DNA of 64,000 bases, taken from contig NMRA01000107.1 of the NCBI GenBank assembly GCA_002633005.1, forward strand, positions 289,492 through 353,491, in the 5' to 3' direction. Source of the stretch: Phoronis australis (lineage: Eukaryota; Animalia; Phoronida). How positions within the stretch are numbered: the stretch's first letter is position 1; every line of letters starts with the position of its first letter. Both the position numbers and the translations under genes were made by a program. The notes beneath the pieces are model-generated. The model was not told the DNA's origin. It ran no database searches and was given only the letters and a program-made list of their open reading frames with translations. This document shows, piece by piece, positions 62,160-64,000 of this stretch.

Positions 62160-64000
62160 TTTGGCATGAGATCAAGTGCTGTCCACAGATGGCATCACCG
62201 CCACAGCTACCATGTGACCTTCAAGCAGACAAAACATTGATATAGCATATGGGACAACTATTGTACAACCAGATATCAGCTTGAACAGCAAACTTTTGTA
62301 TCAACAGAATAATACCAGGATATATGAACCTACCTTCATAAGCCTATGTCATTGTGACTTACCGTACTATTGTCCTCAAGCGACTTAACAAGGCCAGCAA
62401 ACTTAGCTATAAATACCTGTTGCATGCTCCAACAGGCAGACTTACTATGAACAAGGAAGGCCAAAAGTATTAAACAGTACCTAAATATTCAGTACATTTG
62501 TAGATTTCTAACACCAATTGTTCCTTTTTCTGTTAGCTAATTAATTATTCAACGTTTGTATTTTCAATTTTTTGATAATGCTTAGCTATGTGAAATCTTA
62601 ATTTAATGGATAACATGGTTGGCAAATGTAAAGAATGAAATTCCTACTCGGCGGGCACATTTTGAGTCGAATCCATTAAAAATTTACGCAAGCCATCCTA
62701 TCAAATCAATGATTACTTTGCTACTGGTAAAATTTAATAGAAAAGATTAACTTTACCCACACTGTTGAAAACTAAGTGACCACTGAGTGAGTGCGTGGTG
62801 TGTGTGTATTTTGAGTGTACAACTTTTTGAGTAACTGGAAATTTATCAAAAGTAAAAAATTAAAAGTTAACAATAATCCAATGTAAGGCTTTGGGGATAC
62901 AGCAGTCAGATGCCGGACTGACAGTGGTGTTCTCCGCACTATTTTGACCAGTTACTCTGAGATGACCGAGACATGAATATTAGGCAACACATGATAGCAT
63001 GTGCACACCTTAGGTGTACAGGTGATGAAACTGTATGGATTAAGTGCTCAATAGAATTACATTTTGATTGATGAAATAATGCATGAAGGGCCTCGCTCAA
63101 CTGAGGAGAAAGGTGCTCAAGTCTTCGAAGAAGGGAAATTTATCAGAAAAAGGGAAGCCCGTCTCGCTGCCACCCCCCAAATTTGATTCCACATCCCAGT
63201 CCTAATGTGGAGGTCAAGTTGACATCAGAACAATTAAAATTTGTTTTACATGCAACAGACATGTGCAGTAATGCTATGAAAACGAAAATAACTTGGTCAC
63301 AATTTGATGGAGACCTTTACTTCTGTTGAATTTTGTTTACTTTATGTCTGTCATGAATGAGTCATTAATCAAATTTTCTCTTGTGAATTGTTTTCTATTG
63401 ACAGTAAATGTTTGCCTTTTTATACTGATGATGATCGCACTGTCAGAAATACTCAACGTTAGGGTGCCCGGTGTGTGTGGCATAGGGGAAATGCCAGATT
63501 TCTGGCAACTGGTGGCGACTAAAATTTGTTGCAAGCTGCATAGGGAACATTACATGAAGGATTTTTTGCACTGAACAGGGGATCATATTCCCCTTACTTT
63601 GCCTGTGGCTCTCACAAGGAAGATAAAAAATATTAAAAAGAGTAAGGCAGGGTAGAGTTCAGTACTACTAGGCTCTAAAATTTATCCAAAACCATGTGTC
63701 CTCATTCAAAATAAATGGCAATATCTTGCAAAGTCTTGAATTATAGCGAGGTCCTAGCATAACTATTCTTATTCTAGACGCCTCCAGTCTCCACACAAAC
63801 AAACAATGTAGTCATCTATCATTTAGAAGCACACATGCCAGTCAATTTATGAACATAATTCTTTTGTAATAAGCAACAATCATCAATGTCATTTTCAGAG
63901 AATGGTAATTAGTAATGCTGTCTGCTTTTTCTTCAAAATACAAGCTTGTTACGTCGTGTTTTGCAAGCTAATTTTATGATTGAGGCAACAGAGAACAGGC

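Overview
AT-rich eukaryotic (metazoan, probably marine invertebrate; species not determinable here) genomic DNA, not prokaryotic. Almost all ORFs in the supplied track are spurious. Two protein-coding genes are supported, both on the minus strand. (1) A multi-exon SLC6 Na+/Cl- dependent amino-acid transporter (glycine-transporter-like). I traced 12 coding exons by hand with GT-AG junctions and consistent phases, from ATG 36126 down to the left edge, where the gene runs off the window (about 587 codons seen). (2) An uninterrupted 380-aa GT31 beta-1,3-glycosyltransferase ORF (61017-62159). The rest is introns and intergenic DNA packed with non-autonomous transposons: TIR MITEs with TA, TTA, CAG, 5-bp and 6-bp TSDs, a 7.1-kb long-TIR element with nested insertions, and decayed LINE and Penelope fragments. 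There are also minisatellites and one assembly gap. The most notable structure is a Helentron/DINE-1-like (HINE) repeat family whose ~148-bp monomers (~450-bp trimeric higher-order unit) each carry a CTCF-consensus-like motif. About 40 such motifs lie in one orientation over 57 kb and are interleaved with the SLC6 exons. Other repeat families carry octamer palindromes or a housekeeping-promoter motif cluster. Two exon edges, including their splice sites, have been locally duplicated. All regulatory roles are hypotheses based on motif matches only.
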